Positions 25,623 to 34,230 of a stretch of 40,762 bases of DNA are shown piece by piece; the stretch's first letter is position 1; each line of letters opens with the position of its first letter. The stretch spans positions 1 to 40,762 of the forward strand of contig CAZRTY010000003.1 in the NCBI GenBank assembly GCA_964603055.1. The letters run 5' to 3'. Source of the stretch: an uncultured Rhodothermales bacterium (GTDB taxonomy: Bacteria; Bacteroidota; Rhodothermia; Rhodothermales; CAZKDQ01). The position numbers were made by a program, and so were the translations under genes. Under the pieces are notes generated by a model. That model had not been told where the DNA came from and did not search any database. It saw nothing but the letters and a program-made list of their open reading frames with translations.

Positions 25623-27797
25623 TTATTCCTCTTCAGCCTCGAGCGCCCGTCGACGCGCCGTCTCCATCAGCTCCAGCTGAGAATCGTGCCGTCCGCCGGT
25701 TCGCCGATAGACGCCATCCGGGCCGAGTGCCCATGCCGAGCGGCTGTCGCGCAGCGATGCGTTGAGAATATGCATCAGCTGATCCTTCAGCCGCACATCC
25801 TCAATCCCAACAAGACATTCCACACGGTCGTCGAGATTGCGTCGCTGCCAGTCGGCACTGCCGAGGTAGAGTTTCGGTTCGCCATTGTTGTGGAAGTAGT
25901 AGACGCGGCTGTGCTCGAGGTAGCGGCCCACGATCGACCGTACGTGGATGCTTTCACTGAAACCGGGCACGCCGGGGCGTAGTCGGCAATGACCTCGCAC
26001 GATGAGTTCGATCGTCACGCCGGCCTGCGATGCGCGGTATAGCTCCTGAATCATCTTAACATCGTCGAGGGCGTTCATCTTCGCGATGATGCGTCCGTTG
26101 CCGTGCGCCTCCTGGTTGGCAATCTCGTTGCGGACGAACTCTTCGAAACGGCTTCGCATGTCGCGCGGGGCAACGATAAGCGACTCGTACTCCTGCTGCG
26201 GTGCGTATCCGGTGATGAAATGGAACAGGTTGATGAGGTCGGTGCCTACGTCCTGTCTTGCCGTAAAGTAGCCGAGATCCGTATAGAGACGCGCCGTGAT
26301 CGGATTGTAATTGCCGGTACCGATGTGGCAGTATGCACGCGGGCCTTCCTCCTCTTCACGGATCACCAGGGTCGTCTTGCAGTGCGTCTTCAACCCGATC
26401 AGGCCGTACGTCACGTGCACGCCCGATCGCTCGAGCACCTGTCCCCACTCCATATTGTTCTGCTCATCGAACCGCGCCTTCACCTCCACAAGCACCGCCA
26501 CCTCCTTGCCCGCCTCCGCAGCCCGAATGAGCGCCTTCACCACAGGAGATTCGTCTGACGTCCGGTAGAGCGTCTGCTTGATGGCGAGAACGGAAGGATC
26601 TTCGGCGGCTTCCTCGATGAACCGCTGCGTACTGGCGCGGAATGATTCATAGGGATGATGCACCAGGAGATCACGCTGACGCAGGACGGTGAACATGTCG
26701 GTGCGATCGGTCGATTCTCCTTCGTGGAGGAGTTCGATCGGAGTGAGCGCCTGCCAGGTTTCGAACCGGTGCGCAGGGATGTTGAGGTTGGCGAATTCGG
26801 TCAGGTGATCGTAGTCGAGCAGGCCATCTGATAGATAGACGTCGTCGTTGGTCAGCGAGAGCTCTCGCATCAACAGACTGCGGACCGGCTCCGGCATGCC
26901 GGCATCGGCCTCGAGCCGCACGACCGGTGCGAAACGGCGCTCGCGAAGCTCTTCAGAAATCATCTCGAGCAGATCATCGGCCTCTTCCTCACTCCGGCTG
27001 ACATCGGCATTACGAGAAATACGAAACGGATGTACGCTCTCGACGCTCATCCCACGAAACAACTCGTGGGCATTGGCGGCGATAATCTGGTCGATCGGCA
27101 CGTACTGCCCTGAATGCCTCAGCTGGAGCCACCGTCCACGCCGGGTGGGCACCTTCAGCCTCGCAAAATGCTCGGTGCCTCTCGTCGGATGACGAAGCTG
27201 CACGGCAAGCGACAGACTCAGGTTCGAGATGAATGGAAACGGATGGCCCGGATCAACGGCCAGCGGCGTGAGAATCGGGAAAATGGAATCGCGGAAGTAG
27301 ACATCGCACTCGTCGCGCTCATCCGAGGACAGATCGTCGTAATGGCGGATAACGATGCCGATCTCGCGCAACGCCGGTTGAATTGCATGTCGCCAGACCC
27401 GGCCCATCGTGGCGTAGAATGGAACGACGGCACGCCGAATGAGCGAAAGCTGCTCGGTCGGTGTTCGGCCATCAGGTGATAGCGTCTGGACGCCTGCTGC
27501 TGCCTGACGTTTGAGTCCGCCGACGCGCTTGCGGAAGAACTCGTCGAGATTCGTCGACGTGATGGCCAGAAATCGGGCGCGCTCAAGGACCGGGTTGAAC
27601 TCGTCGACGGCCTGGGTCAGCACGCGCCAGTTGAAATCGAGCCAGCTAAGCTCGCGGTTGAAGTACAGATGGGGATGATCGAGCGGTGAATCCGGCGGGA
27701 CGATGCGCGGTGAGGTCGCCGTGAACACCGCATGCTGGTGCCCATGTTCATCGATGTAGGGGACCGAACGCTCGCTCACGGCTCGACTCCGCTCCAT
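25623..27797 (-). CDS. ppk: Polyphosphate kinase 1
   Basis: 724 aa. YFNRELSWLDFNWRVL N-domain, phosphohistidine region LKTHCKTTLVIR, and two PLD-like C domains (LGSADWQRRNLDDRVE). The alternative GTG start at 27779 would form a GTGA overlap with the dnaG stop. Confidence 0.95.
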   Translation of the reverse strand: MERSRAVSERSVPYIDEHGHQHAVFTATSPRIVPPDSPLDHPHLYFNRELSWLDFNWRVLTQAVDEFNPVLERARFLAITSTNLDEFFRKRVGGLKRQAAAGVQTLSPDGRTPTEQLSLIRRAVVPFYATMGRVWRHAIQPALREIGIVIRHYDDLSSDERDECDVYFRDSIFPILTPLAVDPGHPFPFISNLSLSLAVQLRHPTRGTEHFARLKVPTRRGRWLQLRHSGQYVPIDQIIAANAHELFRGMSVESVHPFRISRNADVSRSEEEADDLLEMISEELRERRFAPVVRLEADAGMPEPVRSLLMRELSLTNDDVYLSDGLLDYDHLTEFANLNIPAHRFETWQALTPIELLHEGESTDRTDMFTVLRQRDLLVHHPYESFRASTQRFIEEAAEDPSVLAIKQTLYRTSDESPVVKALIRAAEAGKEVAVLVEVKARFDEQNNMEWGQVLERSGVHVTYGLIGLKTHCKTTLVIREEEEGPRAYCHIGTGNYNPITARLYTDLGYFTARQDVGTDLINLFHFITGYAPQQEYESLIVAPRDMRSRFEEFVRNEIANQEAHGNGRIIAKMNALDDVKMIQELYRASQAGVTIELIVRGHCRLRPGVPGFSESIHVRSIVGRYLEHSRVYYFHNNGEPKLYLGSADWQRRNLDDRVECLVGIEDVRLKDQLMHILNASLRDSRSAWALGPDGVYRRTGGRHDSQLELMETARRRALEAEEE

Positions 27798-29692
27798 GTA
27801 AGGAATTCGCGCTGCTCGACCTGCGTTCGCAACCGGCGGAGCGCCATGATCTCCTCCAATTCGGCCCTCACGTCTTCGCCGGCCGCCTCCTTTGCATCGT
27901 GCCGGTGCTTAACGCGCTGGAGCGACGCATCGATGCGGTCGAGTTTGAGCAACATCATCGCATCGGCGGCGGCTTCTTTCGGCTCGTCGTTCATCCGCGG
28001 GACGTTCACGTTGAGGTGCCGTTGCCAGTTTTCTGACGGCGCGTGGCGGTCGACCAGGGCTTCCGTGACGAGCGATTGAACGGCGGCGCCGTGCGTGCCA
28101 TCCACAAACGGCCGGCGGTCGATCTCGCCTACCTCGTATTGTGTAATGATCTCCGTCACGATCCGCTGAACAAGACCTTCCGAAAACTCATCCAGCGCCA
28201 TATTCCCCAGGATGTATTCGACGAGCGGCCGCCCGAACTCCAGCATCAGGCGGATCAACAGCATCTCCTCGGGCAGTACGTCCGACTGCTGAACCGGGGC
28301 CGAATCCGCGGCCACCTCGCGGGGCAGGCGTTCTACTGGTGGTGGCGCCTCCTCCCGTGGTTGACGCGGCTGACGGCCACGCTTCCGGCTGATCTTGCGA
28401 AACTCCTCATGCAGATGCACCAGCGGCATGCCGATGGCTTCGGCCATCTGATGCAAGTACGTTTCCTGCTCGAACCGGGAATCAAGCATGGCGATTCGCT
28501 CGAGCACACTCTCAAACGTCTGCCGTTCTCCTTCTACCGATTCTAGCGCTCCGTCACTCTGTGCCCGAATGAGGTGGTACTGAACGAACGTCCATTTGTA
28601 CTTGGGATTGGTGAGGTATGCCGCGAGTTCGGCGCCGCCATGATGCTCGACGAACCCGGCCGGATCCTCGCCGGCGGGAAGTTCGATGACGTACGGAGTA
28701 AGGCCCTGCCGAAGCGCCAAGTCGATGCTGCGCATGTTCGAGGCATCTCCTGCGGTGTCGCTGTCGTTGAGAAAGATGATGGCGTCGCAGTACCGCTTGA
28801 GAATGCGTACGTGATCGGGCGTGAGGGACGTCCCGCACGTGGCCACCACATTCCGGATGCCGTGCTGATGCAACGCCACGACATCCGTATATCCCTCGAC
28901 AACATAAACCTCTTTCCGCTCGCGGATCGTGCGCCGGGCCTGGTAGAGCCCGTACAGAACCTCGCTCTTGTGATAGACGGGCGTCTCGGGCGAGTTGATG
29001 TACTTCGCCTGATCAGACTCCGGGTCGAGGATCCGGCCGCCGAAACCAACCACCCTCCCACTGTGCGAGAAGATGGGGAAGATGACGCGTCCGCGGAAGC
29101 GGTCGTACCAGCCCTCGCGTTCCTTCCGTGGGATGACGAGGCCCGCTCGCTCCAGCACCTCCGGATTCACCTGCTCCGCTTCGGCGTACTTTAAAAGTGC
29201 ATCCCAGGAATCGGGTGCGTAGCCGATGCCAAACTGTTTGATGGAGCTGCGTGAAATCCCACGTCCTAAAACGTACTCGAGCGCAGCTTCCCCTTCTTTC
29301 GAGTTCGTAAGACAGCGGTAGAAAAAGCGCGCACTCAGGCGGAGCGCATGTTCGAGCGTTTCGGCTTCGGAGGACGCCTCCCTCCCGGCATCGTCATCTT
29401 CTTCCGGAAGCTCAATGCCGGCTTCCTCGGCCAGCATTCGAACGGCCTCGGGGAAATCCACGTGCTCGACGTCCATCACAAACTTGAAGACGTCGCCGCC
29501 CGCGCCACATCCGAAACACTTAAAAATGCCCATGTTCGGGTTGACGCTGAACGACGGCGTCTTCTCCGAATGAAACGGGCACAGACCAAAATAATTGGAG
29601 CCGCTACGTTTGAGCTGGACGTAGTTCGACACGACATCGACTACGTCGGACGCCGCGCGTACCTCCTCTATCTTGGTCTCTGGGATGAGCAT
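27776..29692 (-). CDS. dnaG: DNA primase
   Basis: 638 aa. Zinc finger CPFHSEKTPSFSV..FKCFGCGAGGD, RNA-polymerase core, TOPRIM (VVEGYTDV ... DSDTAGD), and a C-terminal DnaB-interaction-type helical domain. Confidence 0.95.
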   Translation of the reverse strand: MLIPETKIEEVRAASDVVDVVSNYVQLKRSGSNYFGLCPFHSEKTPSFSVNPNMGIFKCFGCGAGGDVFKFVMDVEHVDFPEAVRMLAEEAGIELPEEDDDAGREASSEAETLEHALRLSARFFYRCLTNSKEGEAALEYVLGRGISRSSIKQFGIGYAPDSWDALLKYAEAEQVNPEVLERAGLVIPRKEREGWYDRFRGRVIFPIFSHSGRVVGFGGRILDPESDQAKYINSPETPVYHKSEVLYGLYQARRTIRERKEVYVVEGYTDVVALHQHGIRNVVATCGTSLTPDHVRILKRYCDAIIFLNDSDTAGDASNMRSIDLALRQGLTPYVIELPAGEDPAGFVEHHGGAELAAYLTNPKYKWTFVQYHLIRAQSDGALESVEGERQTFESVLERIAMLDSRFEQETYLHQMAEAIGMPLVHLHEEFRKISRKRGRQPRQPREEAPPPVERLPREVAADSAPVQQSDVLPEEMLLIRLMLEFGRPLVEYILGNMALDEFSEGLVQRIVTEIITQYEVGEIDRRPFVDGTHGAAVQSLVTEALVDRHAPSENWQRHLNVNVPRMNDEPKEAAADAMMLLKLDRIDASLQRVKHRHDAKEAAGEDVRAELEEIMALRRLRTQVEQREFLTWSGVEP

Positions 29693-29718
29693 CGTACACC
29701 GTCAGGCCCTGGATGTGG

Positions 29719-29865
29719 CTATCGATCAGGACGTTCGATGGCAGGATCTCCAGGCATTTCCGACGACGGATCCTCGACCGGGCCGATGTTGGGCTTGGTT
29801 GAGCACTGGCACGACGTAAGGCCGAAGAGGCAGAATACGATGATGAAGAGGTACGATTTCCGCAT
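29719..29865 (-). CDS. 48-aa predicted lipoprotein
   Basis: Below the track cutoff. My translation is MRKSYLFIIVFCLFGLTSCQCSTKPNIGPVEDPSSEMPGDPAIERPDR, a textbook signal peptide plus lipobox (GLTS|C). It lies 26 nt upstream of dnaG on the same strand. Support is from sequence logic only. Confidence 0.4.
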   Translation of the reverse strand: MRKSYLFIIVFCLFGLTSCQCSTKPNIGPVEDPSSEMPGDPAIERPDR

Positions 29866-30001
29866 CTGGACTGCTGTGGTTTTGAATGCTGATGGAGGAC
29901 GAAGGTATTGGCCGTTGACGAACGTGACAAGTACGCCGGCGCGAATCGAATCATCGTACCGCCTCCTCGAATCCTCCGGTCTCCGGCCAGCAACGACGTC
30001 A

Positions 30002-30394
30002 TCAGCCTAATTCTCCGTCGACATTCCAGCGGCGGGCAAGATCCTGAATGAAGCTGATTTCACCGCCAACGATGATGCCATCGGCCGACGCAATATCGGC
30101 AAGATCGTTCAACACCCGCACGCGCCGGTTGCGCTCCATCGAATCGTACACAGATACGACTGCGGTGTCGAGCAATTCATCTCGATGCGGACTCATGTAC
30201 GCGAGCAGGACGTCGTTCATGACTCGTCTGATCTGTGATTGCTGAGCTTCCGGCTGCCAGTCGCTCAGTTTAACCGACATGGCCTCCATCTCCGACGGCT
30301 CGAGCTCGGCATCCGCACCGTGCGTGAGCGACAGGTAAATCAGGCCGAGATCATGAAGCGGCGTCCAATCCATTTTATTTTCGAGTTGTGTCAT
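30002..30394 (-). CDS. TerB-like (tellurite-resistance TerB / DjlA N-terminal fold) protein
   Basis: The tracked 300-aa ORF is an artefactual extension. A credible 130-aa protein starts at ATG 30394: MTQLENKMDWTPLHDLGLIYLSL...VLNDLADIASADGIIVGGEISFIQDLARRW (TerB-type ADG..E motif). Confidence 0.7.
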   Translation of the reverse strand: MTQLENKMDWTPLHDLGLIYLSLTHGADAELEPSEMEAMSVKLSDWQPEAQQSQIRRVMNDVLLAYMSPHRDELLDTAVVSVYDSMERNRRVRVLNDLADIASADGIIVGGEISFIQDLARRWNVDGELG

Positions 30395-30411
30395 GATATC
30401 ATGTAAAGGTG

Positions 30412-31104
30412 CTACACCAGGCTCCGACCGCCATCGACGCGGATAGTTGTGCCGGTCACGTAAGGATTCGTCATCGCGAAAATCACGGCCGACGCCGCGT
30501 CTTCGGGCCTCCCGATGCGCTGAACCGGCAGCGTGCTGGTCAGGCGCTGTGCCAGTTCTTCGCTGACGCCACGGGAGTCGATATAACCTGGCGCCACGGC
30601 GTTCACCCGAATGGGTTTGAGTTCGACGGCGAGCGAGCGAACCAGCGCCTCGATCGCGCCGTTCATCGCAGCGACCACGCTCAGGCCGGGCACCGGCATC
30701 TGCGCAGCGACGCCTGACAGTAGCGTGATCGAACCATCCTCGGGCAGTACCGGAGCGGCCGACTGGACGGCTGAAAAAGCGCCCCAGAACTTGACCTTGA
30801 ACATCTTCTGAGCGTCGGCCAGTACGGTATCGATAAATGGCGCGGATGTATGGTCGGACGCGGTGAACACGAGGTGATGGAACGGCGCGATGCCCTCGAT
30901 GCAATATGCGAGTGCGCGTTCGTCGCGGACGTCTATCGCACAGGTCTCGACCGATCCCAGACGCTGCGCGGCCTCCCGCAGATTGTCTTCGCTCTGGCTC
31001 AGGATCGCAACGTCCGCGCCGTGCTCGAGCGCGAGCCTGGCCGTGGCTTCTCCGATTCCGGAAGAGCCTCCGATCACAACCACTTTTTTCGTCGAAAGCA
31101 ACAT
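30412..31104 (-). CDS. Short-chain dehydrogenase/reductase (SDR) fold protein, apparently atypical active site
   Basis: The tracked 339-aa ORF is over-extended. The 230-aa protein starts at ATG 31104: MLLSTKKVVVIGGSSGIGEATARLAL (Rossmann), then ITLLSGVAA and a C-terminal PYVTGTTIRVDGG. The Y-x3-K position reads VAAMN by my manual alignment. Confidence 0.8.
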   Translation of the reverse strand: MLLSTKKVVVIGGSSGIGEATARLALEHGADVAILSQSEDNLREAAQRLGSVETCAIDVRDERALAYCIEGIAPFHHLVFTASDHTSAPFIDTVLADAQKMFKVKFWGAFSAVQSAAPVLPEDGSITLLSGVAAQMPVPGLSVVAAMNGAIEALVRSLAVELKPIRVNAVAPGYIDSRGVSEELAQRLTSTLPVQRIGRPEDAASAVIFAMTNPYVTGTTIRVDGGRSLV

Positions 31105-31213
31105 GGCAGAGGCTAGGCGCGCATTCAGCGAGACCGCGTCGTCAGGAACGCCCGCCATACGGCATCGTATTGGCGGCGGCCCTAATAAAAATGAACCGCC
31201 CCACTTTACCCAC

Positions 31214-32314
31214 GTGCGGCACGCCGAAGTTACATACAGGCTGACGAGTGTCGACGCGTCGGATATCGACGACCTCGCCTCCGATCTTCTCCTCGAGCAG
31301 ACGTTCGAAACCCCGCAGGAAGTCGTCAACAAATATGTGGGACTGGCGGAGCGCGCAGGTGAGGTCCATGACATCCGGCCTGCAGCAAACGGCGCCGTTG
31401 ACGTCACCCTCCATCTCCCGGATGACGACATCCAGGATGTTGCTCAGTTCGTCAACCGTATTTTCGGGAACGTCTCCATCCATCCCAATATTCGGCTGAT
31501 CGACTTCATCCCATCGTCGGGTCTGGCCCGACGCTTCGAGGGTCCGAGGTTAGGTGCGGAAGGAATCAGGGAGGCATTTGGTTTTCCTCCTCGTCCGCTA
31601 ACCTGCACCGCGCTCAAGCCCGTGGGGTTATCCGCGGATCAGCTTGCCGAGCTCTGTCGGACGTTTGCCGAGAGCGGGATCGACATCATCAAGGATGATC
31701 ATTACTTGAGTGACCAGCCCACGGCACCGTTTAAGGAACGCATAAAGCGCTGTGCCGACGTTGCGGCGGACGTATCCGCGCGGCAAGGGCGCCCGATCTG
31801 GTACGTTCCGAGCGTTTCGGGATCGCCGGATGAGGTGAGGCGCCGGTGCGAGGCAGCTGAGGATGCCGGGCTTAGGGCGGTTATGCTCGCCCCAATGACG
31901 ACGGGCCTTCCCGTCCTGCACAGTGTTCGCCGGGATACCGACCTCGCCATCCTGACGCATCCCTCCTTCTCGCCGGTGGCATCGATCGCGCCGAAGGTTC
32001 TGTGGTCGACGCTCTTCCGCATGCTCGGCGCCGATGCCGTTATTTTCGTCAACGCTGGCGGTCGATTCGATTATTCGGTCGAGGAATGCCGCACGGTTGC
32101 CGCCACGATGATGGCGCCTGTATTCGACTTGAAGGCCTCGCTGCCCGTCCCAGCTGGGGGCATCGCGCTCGATGACGTGCCTCATACGATTCAGCGGTAC
32201 GGAAACGACTGCGCGCTGCTCGTTGGCGGCAGTCTCTTGAAGCAAAAGGATCTGGGCGCGGCAACCCGCCGCTTCGTGGAAGCCGTTGCCAAAAACGCAT
32301 TACTGGCTGAGTGA
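31214..32314 (+). CDS. RuBisCO-like protein (form IV RLP), not a carboxylase
   Basis: The tracked ORF (from 30890) is an over-extension across the divergent SDR gene. The likely start is GTG 31214 (MRHAEVTYRLTS...LLLEQTFETP, like the N-termini of YkrW-type RLPs), giving 366 aa. Landmarks: TALKPVGLS, GIDIIKDDH, THPSF, VNAGGRF, PVPAGGI, LLVGGSL. Confidence 0.8.
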   Translation: MRHAEVTYRLTSVDASDIDDLASDLLLEQTFETPQEVVNKYVGLAERAGEVHDIRPAANGAVDVTLHLPDDDIQDVAQFVNRIFGNVSIHPNIRLIDFIPSSGLARRFEGPRLGAEGIREAFGFPPRPLTCTALKPVGLSADQLAELCRTFAESGIDIIKDDHYLSDQPTAPFKERIKRCADVAADVSARQGRPIWYVPSVSGSPDEVRRRCEAAEDAGLRAVMLAPMTTGLPVLHSVRRDTDLAILTHPSFSPVASIAPKVLWSTLFRMLGADAVIFVNAGGRFDYSVEECRTVAATMMAPVFDLKASLPVPAGGIALDDVPHTIQRYGNDCALLVGGSLLKQKDLGAATRRFVEAVAKNALLAE

Positions 32315-32805
32315 TGGACAAAGCAGAAAACGCCATTACGCGCGGCCAGATAATTTCGGGCGTGCGCAAGTTCGACAATACCGGAGGCGAGTATCGGTGG
32401 CATGACGTCGACCTGCTCCAGTACAAGCCAACGGGAACGCATTTTCGTGACATCACGCGGCAGGTGCTGTTCGGGGACGAGCATGGCCTGCCGACTCAAC
32501 TTCGCTACTTCGAGGTTGCGCCAGACGGACATTCAACGCTCGAACGGCATGAGCACGTCCACGCCGTTCTGATTTTGCGGGGCCGTGGAGAGGTGTTGCT
32601 CGGTGATCACGTTGAAGGCGTCGCTACCTTCGACACCGTCTATGTGGCGCCTCAGACGTGGCACCAGTTCCGCGCGAATCGCGGCGAAGCGCTCGGCTTT
32701 CTATGCCTCGTCCCGTGCGACCGCGACCGCCCGCAGCGGCCCGATGCCGACGACCTCGATCTGCTCCGCAAGAACCCTGACATTCGCGACTTCATCCGAA
32801 TCTAA
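32314..32805 (+). CDS. Single-domain cupin protein, translationally coupled to the RLP
   Basis: About 163 aa. The ATG at 32314 shares one nt with the RLP TGA (32312..32314); an alternative GTG lies at 32311. Cupin motifs: [25 protein letters not shown] and [14 protein letters not shown]. Confidence 0.75.
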   Translation: MDKAENAITRGQIISGVRKFDNTGGEYRWHDVDLLQYKPTGTHFRDITRQVLFGDEHGLPTQLRYFEVAPDGHSTLERHEHVHAVLILRGRGEVLLGDHVEGVATFDTVYVAPQTWHQFRANRGEALGFLCLVPCDRDRPQRPDADDLDLLRKNPDIRDFIRI

Positions 32806-32813
32806 ATTCATTC

Positions 32814-33644
32814 ATGACCGAATTACGTACTGAAATCGAAGAACTCACCTCATCCACCGACATCGATGAGGCACGCGGCCGGCGCGCCGTGTCTGCGCTA
32901 ATCGACGGCCTGAACGACGGCACCATCCGCGCCGCAAGCCGTGACGACGACGGCCGCTGGACGGCCCATGCCTGGGTGAAGCAAGGCATTTTGCTCGGAT
33001 TCAAACTCGGCCACCTGGAGTCGATGTCGGGCGATGCGCTTTCTTTCTTCGACAAAGATACCTATCCACTCAAGCCACTTTCGGTTGAGAGTCAGGTTCG
33101 TGTGGTGCCGGGAGGAAGCTCGATCCGCACGGGATCGTACCTCGCGCCGGGCGTCGTCTGCATGCCACCGATGTACGTAAACGTCGGTGCGTACGTCGAT
33201 TCCGGATCTATGGTCGACTCGCACGCACTCGTGGGAAGTTGCGCTCAGATCGGCAAAAACGTGCACCTTTCCGCTGCGGCTCAGGTCGGCGGCGTGCTCG
33301 AGCCCGTCGGCGCCGTGCCGGTTGTCATCGAAGACAACGTGTTCGTCGGTGGCGGCTGCGGGATTTATGAGGGATGGGTCGTGCGCCGCAATGCCGTTCT
33401 CGCTCCTGGTGTTGTGCTGACGGCCGCGACGCGTGTTTACGACGTCGTGAACGAGCGCATGATCGGCCGGAGTTCGGGCGGCGAACTCGAAATTCCTGAA
33501 GGTGCCGTGGTCGTACCCGGCACACGACGCCTCGATGGCGACTTCGCCGCCGAGCACGGACTCTCGCTCTACGCACCCGTCATCATCAAGTACCGCGACG
33601 AGAGTACGGATGCCGCGACGACGCTCGAATCAGCGCTACGCTGA
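32814..33644 (+). CDS. dapD: 2,3,4,5-tetrahydropyridine-2,6-dicarboxylate N-succinyltransferase
   Basis: 276 aa, colinear with E. coli Dap[53 protein letters not shown] (left-handed beta-helix hexapeptides) and [11 protein letters not shown]. Confidence 0.9.
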   Translation: MTELRTEIEELTSSTDIDEARGRRAVSALIDGLNDGTIRAASRDDDGRWTAHAWVKQGILLGFKLGHLESMSGDALSFFDKDTYPLKPLSVESQVRVVPGGSSIRTGSYLAPGVVCMPPMYVNVGAYVDSGSMVDSHALVGSCAQIGKNVHLSAAAQVGGVLEPVGAVPVVIEDNVFVGGGCGIYEGWVVRRNAVLAPGVVLTAATRVYDVVNERMIGRSSGGELEIPEGAVVVPGTRRLDGDFAAEHGLSLYAPVIIKYRDESTDAATTLESALR

Positions 33645-33656
33645 GCGCCGTCGTAC

Positions 33657-34199
33657 TTAATTGCCGCCTGACAGCGTGACCGTGTCGGGCACGATGAACG
33701 AGCCGGGAAAGCGCCGCTGCACGATGGTGGCGGCGCGCTCGGCCTCGGCCCTCGACGCGAAGTTGCCGATGCGCACGCGGTAGTAAGGTTGACGATAGAC
33801 GATGTACACCGGCAACTCCTGACCTGAGAGCCCGGCCACAGCCGTGCGGTCTTCGCCGCGCCACCACTGCTGCGCAGCTTCTTCAGCAACAACGGCATCG
33901 TCTTTCTCGACCGTCGATGAGATCTGGATGCGGAAGCCGGGTGCCGTCCGCACGGCCGACGTACGAATGCGGCCGTCCATCAGCACATCCGGGACGTCGT
34001 GCTCGATCTGTTCGGCTACCGGCTCGTGCTCGCGGTAGGGCGAGATATCAAATACCTCGACCTCAGACAGGGGCACTTCAACCGGAGTCGGCAGCACGTC
34101 CTCATCCCTTTCTTCCTCCTCTACCGCGCCCACCGTCGCGCATGCGGAAAGGAATAGCGCGCCGGCTAAGAGCATAAAAGTTGCCAGTCTGAACTTCAT
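33657..34199 (-). CDS. SPOR-domain lipoprotein
   Basis: 180 aa. Lipobox FLSACAT. C-terminal SPOR domain FRIQISSTVEKDDA...VYIVYRQPYYRVRIGNFASRAEAERAATIV. Confidence 0.8.
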   Translation of the reverse strand: MKFRLATFMLLAGALFLSACATVGAVEEEERDEDVLPTPVEVPLSEVEVFDISPYREHEPVAEQIEHDVPDVLMDGRIRTSAVRTAPGFRIQISSTVEKDDAVVAEEAAQQWWRGEDRTAVAGLSGQELPVYIVYRQPYYRVRIGNFASRAEAERAATIVQRRFPGSFIVPDTVTLSGGN

Positions 34200-34230
34200 C
34201 CTTCTCTCCGAATAATGTTGATATCGAGCG

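Noticed and set aside
29348-30010. 220-aa plus ORF and 132-aa minus ORF (29604..30002) between dnaG and the TerB-like gene
   Set aside because: Both are Arg/Gly-rich, partly antisense to dnaG, and without motifs. The 48-aa lipoprotein ORF explains the interval better.
30395-31431. N-terminal extensions of three tracked ORFs (TerB-like to 30904, SDR to 31431, RLP from 30890)
   Set aside because: The extensions mutually overlap on opposite strands and are Arg-rich. They precede the points where recognisable domains begin. Internal starts at 30394, 31104 and 31214 give normal-length proteins. ATG 31103 for the RLP would leave no promoter space and would read through an AT-rich patch.
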